From Ignavibacteria bacterium (GTDB lineage Bacteria; Bacteroidota; Ignavibacteria; Tepidaquicellales; OLB5): 64,000 nt of DNA. Location: the NCBI GenBank assembly GCA_020852705.1, contig JADZAP010000031.1:65050-129049 (forward strand), given 5' to 3'. This document shows, one piece after another, positions 18,622 to 27,466 of the stretch. How positions within the stretch are numbered: the first letter of the stretch is position 1; each line of letters begins with the position of its first letter. The position numbers and the translations under genes are program-made. The notes below the pieces were generated by a model. It made no database searches and was not told the origin of the DNA. It worked only from the letters and a program-made list of their open reading frames with translations.

Positions 18622-19050
18622 ATGGTTAAACTTAGATTAAGAAGAATGGGCAGAAAAAAAGCTCCCATTTATAAAATTGTAGCAGCAGATTCACGTTCAA
18701 GAAGAGACGGAAAGTTCATTGAGGCAATTGGTCAATATGATCCTAATGTTCACCCGGTAAAACTTGAGATATCTGAAGAAAGAACAATGTACTGGTTAAA
18801 ATCAGGTGCATTGCCAACTGTAACAGTAAGAAACCTTCTCTCAGGTAAAGGTTTAATGTTAAAGCTTCATCTTACTAAAAAAGGAGCGGATGACACAAAA
18901 ATAGCAGCTGAATTTGCCAAGTGGGAATCCATGCAGGCATCAAAACTTCAGCGGATTCATGATAAAAAGATGAGAAGGAAAGAGAAGAAGAAAAAAGCGG
19001 CAGAAACACCGGCAGCAGAGCAGCCTGCAGCTGAAACTCAGCCTGCATAA
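18622..19050 (+). CDS. rpsP: 30S ribosomal protein S16 (with Lys/Pro/Ala-rich C-terminal extension)
   Basis: MVKLRLRRMGRKKAPIYKIVAADSRSRRDGKFIE is the canonical S16 N-terminus. At 142 aa it is longer than typical S16. Confidence 0.93.
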   Translation: MVKLRLRRMGRKKAPIYKIVAADSRSRRDGKFIEAIGQYDPNVHPVKLEISEERTMYWLKSGALPTVTVRNLLSGKGLMLKLHLTKKGADDTKIAAEFAKWESMQASKLQRIHDKKMRRKEKKKKAAETPAAEQPAAETQPA

Positions 19051-19208
19051 CTTTGCATAAGCCAGCTCTTTAAAATACAGTATAGCCAGTTTACTTCATC
19101 CATCGCTGCTGTATAGCAACAGAGCTTATAAAACCGGACCCCGCTGATTGGTTTGATTATTGTTTTACTATTAATAATCTATATACTAATTAACAACCCA
19201 ACAAGGGG

Positions 19209-19454
19209 ATGCTTATGAAAGAATTTATTGAGTACATTGCCAAAAGTTTGGTAGATGAACCCGAGAGCGTTAGAGTTGAAGAAAGCAATGAAGATAACAA
19301 AATAACACTGAAACTTCATGTAGCTAAAGGCGATCTTGGAAAAGTAATTGGCAAACAGGGTAAAACCGCAAAATCAATGCGAACATTGTTTACAGCGGTA
19401 GCAGCAAAAAACAATAAAAGCGGTCACCTTGAAATTGAGGAAGGAAAAGAATAG
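19209..19454 (+). CDS. KH-domain RNA-binding protein (YlqC/UPF0109 family)
   Basis: 81 aa with GKVIGKQGKTAKSMRTL (GXXG KH motif). Conserved position after rpsP. ATG 19215 is an alternative start. Confidence 0.8.
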   Translation: MLMKEFIEYIAKSLVDEPESVRVEESNEDNKITLKLHVAKGDLGKVIGKQGKTAKSMRTLFTAVAAKNNKSGHLEIEEGKE

Positions 19455-19506
19455 TTTAGATTAACTTCTTTTCTCCGAATTTTAAGAAAACTGCAAAGTT
19501 AGATTA

Positions 19507-20181
19507 ATGAGAATTGATGTAATATCTGCAGTTGCAAATATCCTTGAAAGTCCGTTTAATGAAAGCATAATAAAACGGGCACAGGATAAAAAGCTGGCTA
19601 AAATTGCTGTTCATAACCTGCGTGATTATGCATCAGGTTCATACCGGCAGATTGACGATAAACCATTTGGGGGCGGAGCAGGAATGGTACTAAAACCCGA
19701 ACCGCTATTTAAATGTATCACTAATCTTTTAGAAGAGCGTAAATACGATGAGATAATATATCTTTCACCTCAAGGAGTTAAGTTTACGCAAAAAAAGGCA
19801 AATAAGCTCTCTCTTTTAAACAACATTATAGTTATTTGCGGTCATTATAAAGGAATTGATCAGCGGATAATTGATAAATTTGTTACCAAAGAAATTTCAA
19901 TAGGTGACTATGTAATAACCGGAGGCGAAGCAGCAGCAATTGTTCTGATAGATGCAATTATCAGACTTATACCGGGAGTTTTAGGTGATAGCGAGTCTGC
20001 ATTAACAGATTCATTTCAAACAGAATCAGGATTTGATGCACCGGTTTATACCCGCCCTGCGGAATACGAAGGGATGAAAGTTCCGGAGGTTTTGCTAAAC
20101 GGAAACCACAAAGAAATTGCTGAATGGAGAGTGGAACAGGGAAAGAAAAAGTATAAAAAAGTAAAAAAGAAAAATATTTAA
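19507..20181 (+). CDS. trmD: tRNA (guanine37-N1)-methyltransferase
   Basis: MRIDVISAV..., YRQIDDKPFGGGAGMVLKPEP and CGHYKGIDQR motifs. Confidence 0.93.
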   Translation: MRIDVISAVANILESPFNESIIKRAQDKKLAKIAVHNLRDYASGSYRQIDDKPFGGGAGMVLKPEPLFKCITNLLEERKYDEIIYLSPQGVKFTQKKANKLSLLNNIIVICGHYKGIDQRIIDKFVTKEISIGDYVITGGEAAAIVLIDAIIRLIPGVLGDSESALTDSFQTESGFDAPVYTRPAEYEGMKVPEVLLNGNHKEIAEWRVEQGKKKYKKVKKKNI

Positions 20182-20240
20182 GTTTTATTTATACAGATAA
20201 AAAAAATAATTAAATAATAAGAAACACTAAAGGATTAACA

Positions 20241-20660
20241 ATGAATAAGATAAATTTAGTAACTACACCACAAATGAGAAGTGATTTTCCCAAGTTTCAC
20301 TCAGGTGATACGGTAAATATTCACGTTAAAGTTATTGAGGGTGATAAGGAAAGAATTCAGCAATATCAGGGTATTGTAATGGGAATAAAGGGTTCGGGTA
20401 TTGGCAGGACATTCAGAGTAAGAAAGATATCAAACGGAGTTGGCGTAGAAAGAATTTTTCCGATGCATTCCCCTTCTATAGCAAAGATAGAAAAAATAAA
20501 AGAGGGCAAAGTAAGAAGGGCAAAACTATATTACTTAAGGGCACTAAAAGGTAAATCAGCTACTAAAATTAAAGAAAGAATTTCTCCGGAGATAATTGCT
20601 CCCGTTAAAAAAGAAGAGCCCGTTATAGAAACAACAGCGTCTGAAGAAACAGCAGAGTAA
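20241..20660 (+). CDS. rplS: 50S ribosomal protein L19
   Basis: [30 protein letters not shown]...[20 protein letters not shown], the canonical L19 core. C-terminal acidic extension. Confidence 0.93.
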   Translation: MNKINLVTTPQMRSDFPKFHSGDTVNIHVKVIEGDKERIQQYQGIVMGIKGSGIGRTFRVRKISNGVGVERIFPMHSPSIAKIEKIKEGKVRRAKLYYLRALKGKSATKIKERISPEIIAPVKKEEPVIETTASEETAE

Positions 20661-20688
20661 ATTAAATAAATAATTGGATTTCAATAAA

Positions 20689-20718
20689 AACCGTTAATAA
20701 TAAATTAACGGTTTTTGG
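20689..20718 (+). terminator. rho-independent terminator of the rpsP-rplS operon
   Basis: aaccgttaa-taataaa-ttaacggtt followed by TTTT. Confidence 0.8.
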
Positions 20719-20728
20719 TTTATAAACA

Positions 20729-20805
20729 ACTTGTCACGTCTGCGAAGGCAGGCATCCTTAGCAAGTTTTTCTTATCATTGTCATGCCTGCGAAGGCAGGC
20801 ATCTT
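20729..20805 (+). repeat. two tandem copies (49-bp period) of a hairpin repeat (ttgtcaYgYctgcgaaggcaggcatcYtta), left flank of the GIY-YIG ORF
   Basis: Copy A at 20729..20757 (stem with one G-T and one mismatch). Copy B at 20778..20805 (8-bp stem atgcctgc-gaag-gcaggcat). The next period falls on the ORF ATG at 20828. Confidence 0.8.
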
Positions 20806-20827
20806 TATAAATAGACACAAAAATGCA

Positions 20828-21181
20828 ATGTATTCCTTTTTCGTTTATTTTCTTGCAAGTAATAAGAATGGTGTGATATACACCTGCGTTACAAATTGCC
20901 TTACTAAATGAGTATCAGAACACAAGCATAACGTAAATGAAGGGTTTACCGAAAAATATTTTGTAAAACGGCTGGTTTACTTTGAAGAGTATAAATATAT
21001 TGAAGAAGCTATAGCCCGGGAAAAATGTTTAAAGCGCTGGAAACGAGAATGGAAGATCAAGCTGATAGAAAAAGATAACCATGAATGGCGTGATCTATAT
21101 AATGAAATAGGTGGTGAAGAATATGAAAAGGATATTAAATTTTTTACAAAGCTTAAAAGATTCCCGCCTTCACGCGGATAA
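20828..21181 (+). pseudogene. GIY-YIG nuclease family (UPF0213/YhbQ-like) gene interrupted by an in-frame TGA
   Basis: Manual translation: MYSFFVYFLASNKNGVIYTCVTNCLTK*VSEHKHNVNEGFTEKYFVKRLVYFEEYKYIEEAIAREKCLKRWKREWKIKLIEKDNHEWRDLYNEI... TGA at 20909..20911 sits where the conserved Arg of the GIY-YIG core is expected. YIG Gly is replaced (IYTC). The tail FPPSRG is encoded by a repeat copy. Confidence 0.7.
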
Positions 21182-21330
21182 AGATAAATGCTGATTGGAT
21201 TGATAAAGATCCCTGCCTGTGCAGGGATGACAAACAAGTTGATAAAATTGATAAAGATTCCTTCCGACCCAGGAAAGTCAAACTTAATGTTTTAGTCAAT
21301 AAAGATCCCTGCCTGCGCAGGGATGACAAT
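21154..21330 (-). repeat. four tandem copies (48-bp period) of the same hairpin repeat in inverted orientation, right flank of the GIY-YIG ORF
   Basis: Copies start near 21154 (degenerate, overlaps the ORF 3' end), 21203 (gatccctgcctgtgcagggatgacaaac), 21251 (degenerate, ttcc/ggaa stem) and 21299 (gatccctgcctgcgcagggatgacaat). Reverse complement reads ttgtcatccctgcRcaggcagggatcttta. Confidence 0.8.
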
Positions 21331-21428
21331 AGTACTTATCCCCTAACATTTATAATGAATGCTACATTATTTATTGTTATTTTTGATATTCAATTCAAGT
21401 TTTAAAAAATGAAACTACATATTTATCA

Positions 21429-22052
21429 TTGAAGAACGGCAAAAAATATTTCATTTCAGTAGCAGGTAACATTGGCTCCGGTAAATCATCGCTTACAAGG
21501 ATGATTGCAAAAGAATTTGGCTGGGTGCCGTATTTTGAATCAGTTCAGGATAATCCCTATTTATCTGATTTTTACGATGATATGAAAAGATGGAGCTTTC
21601 AGCTGCAGGTATATTTTCTTTCTCATAGATTTAATACTCATAAAAAGATAATTGAATCCAAAAAATCAGTAATTCAGGATAGATCAATTTATGAGGATGT
21701 TGAAATATTTGCAAGAAACTTATATCTAATGGGTAGGATGGAAAAAAGGGATTACAATAATTACAGGGCATTATTCAATGAAATGGTATCTTATCTTAAG
21801 CCGCCTGATTTAGTGGTATATTTAAAGGCAGATGTAAAAACATTGCTCAGGCAGATCCAACTAAGGGGCAGAGATTTTGAGCAGAGTATTGAAAAAAAAT
21901 ATATCATAAGACTTAACCGCAGCTATAAGAATTGGATAAGCAGGTATAAGTTAGGCAGAGTATTGGAAATTGAATCGGATAATATTGATTTTGTAAAAAA
22001 TAAGGATCATTTTAAACAGATAATAGCCAGCATAAAGAAAAATCTAAATTAA
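21429..22052 (+). CDS. deoxynucleoside kinase
   Basis: 207 aa. P-loop VAGNIGSGKSS, QDRSIYED (DRS/ERS motif), overall dNK/dCK-dGK family layout. TTG start. Confidence 0.85.
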   Translation: MKNGKKYFISVAGNIGSGKSSLTRMIAKEFGWVPYFESVQDNPYLSDFYDDMKRWSFQLQVYFLSHRFNTHKKIIESKKSVIQDRSIYEDVEIFARNLYLMGRMEKRDYNNYRALFNEMVSYLKPPDLVVYLKADVKTLLRQIQLRGRDFEQSIEKKYIIRLNRSYKNWISRYKLGRVLEIESDNIDFVKNKDHFKQIIASIKKNLN

Positions 22053-22061
22053 GCCAGAATT

Positions 22062-22469
22062 ATGAATGTTTTTATTCCGGTTTCACCGGGTGAACTTGCT
22101 GATAAAATTACTATACTTGAAATAAAATCAAGAAAGATAAAAAGTACAGTAAAACTTAAATCAATTAAATCTGAGCTTGTTTCTTTAAAGAAAGTTTACA
22201 GGATACATATAAAACTCTCCAGAGTAAATCAAACTAAACTTTCACAATTAAAACATAAACTGTATAAAATTAACATAAAATTATGGAATATTGAAAATAA
22301 TATAAGAGAAAAAGAATCAAAGAGTACATTTGATAAGGAATTTATAAAATTAGCAAGATCTGTTTATATAACAAATGATAAAAGGTCTGAGATTAAAAAC
22401 AGTATAAATATATTATTTGGCTCAAATTTCAAAGAAGTAAAACAATATTCAGAATACAGAAAAAAATAA
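22062..22469 (+). CDS. conserved hypothetical helical protein (DUF6165-like)
   Basis: 135 aa. N-terminal PGELADKITILEIK and central LWNIENNIRE...FIKLARSVYITNDKRSEIK resemble, from memory, the DUF6165 family. Confidence 0.45.
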   Translation: MNVFIPVSPGELADKITILEIKSRKIKSTVKLKSIKSELVSLKKVYRIHIKLSRVNQTKLSQLKHKLYKINIKLWNIENNIREKESKSTFDKEFIKLARSVYITNDKRSEIKNSINILFGSNFKEVKQYSEYRKK

Positions 22470-22500
22470 TCAGTTAAAAAAACATATTCAAAACCCGTAA

Positions 22501-23097
22501 ATGAAATACATTTTATATTTAATATTTTTTATATTTACGGGGCTGCTGCTATTTTTTTTAAAAAATGCACTCGAGCCGGATAAATCAGCTTCAATAATAA
22601 CCGGTTCAGAAAAATGCGGTGAATGCCATGGTTTAAAGAATATTGGTAATCAAAGTGGTATCTGGAAAAATTCCAAACATGCAAATGCATACACATCACT
22701 GCTAAGTATAAAGGCAAAGGAGTTCAATTTAAAAAACGGACTTTTATTGCCTGAAAAAGAAGAAAAATGTCTTAAATGCCACACAACAGAGTATTTTTTA
22801 AAAGGAACGGATAAAGCTAAAGATTATAACATAAACGAGGGAGTGGGCTGTGAAAGCTGTCACGGAGCCGGTTCAAATTACTCACCTGCAAAGATAATGA
22901 AGGATAAAGGAGCATTTGAACGTGAGGGCGGTATAAGAGGTGGTGAACAGGTTTGTTTAAAATGCCATTCATCTATTGGTAACAAAGAAGGTATATTAAA
23001 AGATGACGCATGTCCATTTGATGAAAATGATTTTGATTTTAAGAATGCAATTGAAAAGATTAAACATCCGGTGGATAAAAATTTTAAATATCAATAG
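22501..23097 (+). CDS. tetraheme c-type cytochrome (cytochrome c554-like multiheme family)
   Basis: 198 aa. N-terminal membrane anchor/signal. Four CXXCH motifs (CGECH, CLKCH, CESCH, CLKCH). Confidence 0.8.
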   Translation: MKYILYLIFFIFTGLLLFFLKNALEPDKSASIITGSEKCGECHGLKNIGNQSGIWKNSKHANAYTSLLSIKAKEFNLKNGLLLPEKEEKCLKCHTTEYFLKGTDKAKDYNINEGVGCESCHGAGSNYSPAKIMKDKGAFEREGGIRGGEQVCLKCHSSIGNKEGILKDDACPFDENDFDFKNAIEKIKHPVDKNFKYQ

Positions 23098-23123
23098 TTA
23101 TTTGTTAGATACAAAAGATTAAC

Positions 23124-23954
23124 ATGAATAAACTTAAGCAAAAAAATGATGGATCCGAACGTCCGATTGGTGTATTTGATTCAGGTGTAGGCGGTTTAAC
23201 AGTTGTTAAGGAGCTTAACAGATTATTGCCAAATGAAAAGATAATATATTTTGGTGATACAGGCAGGGTCCCTTACGGAAATAAATCTAAGGAAACAATT
23301 GTACATTACTCACTGCAAGTAGCATATTTTTTAATGAAGAAAAAGATTAAGATGTTAGTTGTAGCATGTAATACAGCATCTTCGGTATCACTTCCAACTT
23401 TAAAAAGGCATTTTCACATTCCGGTACTTGGGGTTATAGAACCCGGTGCAAGAGCAGCAATAAAAAATTCAAAAAATAATAAAATTGGTGTAATTGGAAC
23501 ACTTGGCACGGTTAAGAGCAATTCATATAAAAAAGCATTAAAAAAAATCAGAACAAACGTAAATGTTGTACAAAAAGAATGCCCTTTGTTTGTGCACCTT
23601 GCAGAAGACGGATGGAATAAGAATAAAATAGCACAATTGATCTCTGATGAATATCTAAAACCCTTAAGGAATAAGAAAATTGATACAATGATACTTGGCT
23701 GCACCCACTATCCCCTGCTTAAAGATGTTATACAAAATTCTGCGGGTAAAGATGTTATTCTGATTGATTCAGGTAAAGAAACAGCAGGGGAAGTAAAACG
23801 AATTCTTGAGAAGAAAAATCTGATAAACAACAGAAATAAAACCGTGAAAAATCATTCAGTATTTTATGTATCAGATTTTCCGCATAAGTTTAAAGAAGTG
23901 AGCCAGAGATTTTTATCAAAAGAGCTTAAACATGTACATAAGGTAATTCTATAA
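23124..23954 (+). CDS. murI: glutamate racemase
   Basis: IGVFDSGVGGLTV, ACNTAS and GCTHYP catalytic-Cys motifs. Confidence 0.93.
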   Translation: MNKLKQKNDGSERPIGVFDSGVGGLTVVKELNRLLPNEKIIYFGDTGRVPYGNKSKETIVHYSLQVAYFLMKKKIKMLVVACNTASSVSLPTLKRHFHIPVLGVIEPGARAAIKNSKNNKIGVIGTLGTVKSNSYKKALKKIRTNVNVVQKECPLFVHLAEDGWNKNKIAQLISDEYLKPLRNKKIDTMILGCTHYPLLKDVIQNSAGKDVILIDSGKETAGEVKRILEKKNLINNRNKTVKNHSVFYVSDFPHKFKEVSQRFLSKELKHVHKVIL

Positions 23955-23957
23955 AAT

Positions 23958-24530
23958 ATGACTGAAGAGGAAATACTTCAAATTTTTAAAAATACAGGTG
24001 CACTGCTTGACGGTCACTTTATTTTGACTTCAGGAATGCATTCACCTCATTACATCGAAAAATTCAGAGTATTAGAGCACCCCCGATACACAGAAATACT
24101 TTGCAGGGAGCTTGCTGAAAAATTCCGCGATGATAATATTACTTTGGTAGTCGGACCTATGACAGGCGGAATTCTTTTGGCTTATGAGGTAGGTAAAAAT
24201 CTGGATACCCGGGCAATTTTCACCGAAAGGGTTGATGGCAAAATGAAATTTCGCCGCGGTTTTGATGTGAAGCCAGATGACAGAGTATTGATTGTTGAAG
24301 ATATTATTTCTACAGGCGGAAGCGTACAGGAAGTAATTGATGAAGTGAAACGGTTTAAAGCTGAGATAGTAGGTATTGGATGTTTGGTTGACCGTTCAGG
24401 AGGGAAGGTTGATTTTGGAATTCCGTTAAAGCCGCTTGTTAAAATGGATGTCATAGCTTTCAAGCCCGATGAGATTCCGGAATGGCTTAAAAAAATCCCG
24501 GTCACAAAACCGGGAAGCACGAATAAGTAA
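23958..24530 (+). CDS. pyrE: orotate phosphoribosyltransferase
   Basis: 190 aa. GHFILTSGMHS and PRPP-binding motif VLIVEDIISTGGS. Confidence 0.9.
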   Translation: MTEEEILQIFKNTGALLDGHFILTSGMHSPHYIEKFRVLEHPRYTEILCRELAEKFRDDNITLVVGPMTGGILLAYEVGKNLDTRAIFTERVDGKMKFRRGFDVKPDDRVLIVEDIISTGGSVQEVIDEVKRFKAEIVGIGCLVDRSGGKVDFGIPLKPLVKMDVIAFKPDEIPEWLKKIPVTKPGSTNK

Positions 24531-24545
24531 TTAATGTAATAAAAC

Positions 24546-24947
24546 TCAATAGCTCTGCTGAAGAGTTTTTTCGTAAACCTTGTTATCAACTACATCAAGC
24601 CAGCTTAATGCCTCTGCTTCTTTGTAAAAGAAAAGCAGTTTATATCCCCTGTTAAATGATGCGTTCTCATAAAAATCATTATTCTGTTTATTCTCTATCC
24701 TGTCAAGAACAGCAAATTGAAGCAGCTTTGATTCTTCTCTGAAATTTTCTATGCTTTGCAAGCCGTCAAATACTCCGTATCTTTGTTTAAAATTTCTAAG
24801 GTCAACAAGAATCTTATCTATGCTATTGTCATCAATTACTTTATCTATATTTTCAGTAACTTCATAAAATTTTGAAATTGGGTATTCGCCAGATACTTCA
24901 GCCCTCAAAAATTTACCTGATATTTTGTAGTCAATGGTATAATTCAT
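24546..24947 (-). CDS. hypothetical protein (possibly STAS/SpoIIAA-like fold)
   Basis: 133-aa ORF. Only a weak by-eye resemblance to lone STAS-like proteins (C-terminal F..KEEAL.WL pattern). Confidence 0.35.
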   Translation of the reverse strand: MNYTIDYKISGKFLRAEVSGEYPISKFYEVTENIDKVIDDNSIDKILVDLRNFKQRYGVFDGLQSIENFREESKLLQFAVLDRIENKQNNDFYENASFNRGYKLLFFYKEAEALSWLDVVDNKVYEKTLQQSY

Positions 24948-25148
24948 CTTATCAATTATATTTTAAATTCTAATTTGTAAATATAATAATATATTATTTA
25001 AGATTTTACAATAATAAAATTTCCATAAAGGGTGCCTTTTTAAATTTTTTTATTTATATAAATTAATAATATATTTTTTCAATTTTATCAAATTTTCAAT
25101 TAAAAATATAAAGGCAAATCTATTAAATTTATCAGAGTCTATTTTACA

Positions 25149-25179
25149 TTGATTATTGCCTGTTATAAAACTATATTTG
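25149..25179 (+). promoter_or_regulatory. putative FCB-type promoter (aTTG-N20-TATATTTG) for the ppiD-like gene
   Basis: TTG 25149..25151, 20-nt spacer, TATATTTG 25172..25179, 87 nt upstream of the ATG. Confidence 0.4.
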
Positions 25180-25265
25180 TGTTTGTTTTTTCCTCAATTT
25201 AACAAAATTACTCTGGAGAACAATTTCAGATGGTAATGATAATATATAGAGAGGTTTATTGAAAT

Positions 25266-27383
25266 ATGGGTTTAATGAATAAGCTGCGCGATAAAACGCA
25301 CATTATTCTGATAATATTAATCCTTGCATTTTTAGCCACAATTATCTTTGAGTGGGGTATGGATTATCTTGGCTTAAGGGGCGGACAGGTAAATGAGCTT
25401 GGTTCAGTTAACGGTCAGGAAATAAAATATGCCGATTATGAAAACCAGGTAAATTTTGCAATTGATCAGCAAAGAAAGCAAACCGGAGAAGAGCCTGATG
25501 AAAACCTTGTTAAAATGATAAGAGAACAGGTTTGGGATCAAATGGTTACCCAAATTCTTGCTGAACAGGAGATCAAAAGATTAGGTATAACTGTTACCAA
25601 TCAGGAAATATTGAACTGGGTATATAATTCACCTCAAACGCTGCCTGATGTTATCAAGAAAAATTTCATTGATTCTACCGGACAGTTTAATATGTCAATT
25701 TACCAGCAGGCACTGGCAACAAAAACACCTGAAGTAACAAAATTCTGGTCGCAGGTAGAAGAATATTTAAAGCAAACTTTACTTTCACAAAAACTTCAAA
25801 GTGTTATAACCGGTACCGTAAGAGTTAGCGAGGCAGAAGTACTGCAGAAGTTTAAAGATGATAATGTAAAAGCAACATTTGATTATGTTTTTATGGATGT
25901 TAATAGTGTTGCAGACGGACAAATACAGGTATCAGAAGATGATATGAAGAAATATTATGACAGCCATAAAGATGATTTTAAGCGTGATGCATCTGCAAAA
26001 TTAAGATACGTGCTATTTTCAGATACTCCTACAATGGAAGATACTGTTGCAACAGAAAAAATGATGAGAGCATTGGTTAAGGATCTTAAAAAACTTAATC
26101 CTGCAGACTCGTTAACATTTACAGTTGTAAATGATAATTCATTGAATAAATTCACAAATACATTTGTTAAACCAAATGAAATTACTCCTGAAGTTGCATC
26201 ATTCCTTTTCAATGCTGCCAAAGATAGTATTTCGGATATTATTAAGGCATCTGACGGTTTTCATTTGGTAAAGTTAATTGATACAAAAGAAGGCTCTGAA
26301 ACATTCACAAATGCACAGCATATTTTAATAAATTTTGGAACTGATACAAATGCAGCAAAGACTAAAGCTGATCAAGTTGCACAACGTTTGAGAAACGGTG
26401 AAGATTTTACTAAACTTGCTGCTGAGAATTCAGATGATGCTGCAAACAAATTTAAAAGCGGAGACCTTGGATGGTTCGGAAAAGGTTCAATGGTAAAACC
26501 ATTTGAAGATGCTGTTATGAATGCTGCTATTGGAGAAATTGTTGGTCCTGTGAAAACTAACTTTGGATATCACATTATCAGAGTTAAAGGAAGACAAAAT
26601 AAAGAATTCAAATTTGCTGATATTAAAAAGACAGTTAAAGCAACTCAAAAAACCAAAGATGCTGCAAGAAAGCGTGCTGAAGATTTTGCCTATGTTTCAA
26701 AAAAGGGAAACTTTGATGAAGAAGCTAAAAAACTGGGACTGCAAATAGTTGATATACCCCAATATGTTACCAAAGGAGCATTCATTCCCGGTGCAGGGCA
26801 AAATAATAATGTAACCAAATTTGCACTGAATGAAAATAAAGGGACAATAAGTGATCCTATTAAAATACAAACAGGTTATGCAGTCTATGTAATAGTAGAT
26901 AAATTCCCGGAAGGTTTTTACTCGTATGATGAGCTAAAGGTTCAGCAGCTGCCAACTTTAGTTAAACAACAGAAAAAATTAGATTATTTACAAAATCAGG
27001 CAGCTGATTTGAAATCTAAAATTCAGAGTAATGATATTAATACCCTTAAAAATATTAATCCTCAGCTTACAATTAACAGAGCAGATACAGTAACCGTTTC
27101 GGCTCCAAACCCGATGATTGGTGCAGATTTTGATTTTAGTAATGTAGTATTTAAATTACAGAATGGACAGATCTCAGACCCAATTAGGACCCAGAGAGGT
27201 TATTATATAGTTCAGATGAGAAACATTCTTCCTGTAGATCAGACAAAATTTCAGGCGGAATATCAAAATATAAAAACACAGCTTTTAAACAACAAGAAAC
27301 AGACAATCGTACAGGATTGGCTTGCAGACTTAAAGGAAAAAGCTGTGATTGTTGATAACAGAGATAAAATGTTCAGAGAATAA
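25266..27383 (+). CDS. periplasmic chaperone / peptidyl-prolyl isomerase, PpiD-like
   Basis: 705 aa. N-terminal membrane anchor, SurA-N-like region and a parvulin domain (HILI...GDLGWFGKGSMVKPFEDAV...GYHIIRV). Confidence 0.8.
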   Translation: MGLMNKLRDKTHIILIILILAFLATIIFEWGMDYLGLRGGQVNELGSVNGQEIKYADYENQVNFAIDQQRKQTGEEPDENLVKMIREQVWDQMVTQILAEQEIKRLGITVTNQEILNWVYNSPQTLPDVIKKNFIDSTGQFNMSIYQQALATKTPEVTKFWSQVEEYLKQTLLSQKLQSVITGTVRVSEAEVLQKFKDDNVKATFDYVFMDVNSVADGQIQVSEDDMKKYYDSHKDDFKRDASAKLRYVLFSDTPTMEDTVATEKMMRALVKDLKKLNPADSLTFTVVNDNSLNKFTNTFVKPNEITPEVASFLFNAAKDSISDIIKASDGFHLVKLIDTKEGSETFTNAQHILINFGTDTNAAKTKADQVAQRLRNGEDFTKLAAENSDDAANKFKSGDLGWFGKGSMVKPFEDAVMNAAIGEIVGPVKTNFGYHIIRVKGRQNKEFKFADIKKTVKATQKTKDAARKRAEDFAYVSKKGNFDEEAKKLGLQIVDIPQYVTKGAFIPGAGQNNNVTKFALNENKGTISDPIKIQTGYAVYVIVDKFPEGFYSYDELKVQQLPTLVKQQKKLDYLQNQAADLKSKIQSNDINTLKNINPQLTINRADTVTVSAPNPMIGADFDFSNVVFKLQNGQISDPIRTQRGYYIVQMRNILPVDQTKFQAEYQNIKTQLLNNKKQTIVQDWLADLKEKAVIVDNRDKMFRE

Positions 27384-27466
27384 TTGTGATTTAGATTATA
27401 AAAATAATTTATTGCATTTTAATCTAAGATGCATTAATTTGCTGTAATTATTAAAAACAGCATTAA

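Noticed and set aside
19051-19506. Missing rimM in the rpsP-trmD-rplS operon as a deletion or pseudogene
   Set aside because: The 158-nt rpsP-KH spacer and the KH-trmD spacer contain no RimM-like frame fragments. The rpsP-KH(ylqC)-trmD order, with rimM elsewhere, is a plausible natural variant.
20909-20911. In-frame TGA in the GIY-YIG ORF as selenocysteine or programmed read-through
   Set aside because: There is no SECIS-like hairpin immediately downstream. Other conserved residues are also degraded (YIG Gly lost). The stop replaces a catalytic Arg, not a Cys. A simple nonsense mutation is more parsimonious.
20977-21237. 86-aa minus-strand ORF (MFVIPAQAGIF...)
   Set aside because: It is antisense to the GIY-YIG reading frame. 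Its N-terminus is just a translation of the hairpin repeat (VIPAQAGI artefact).
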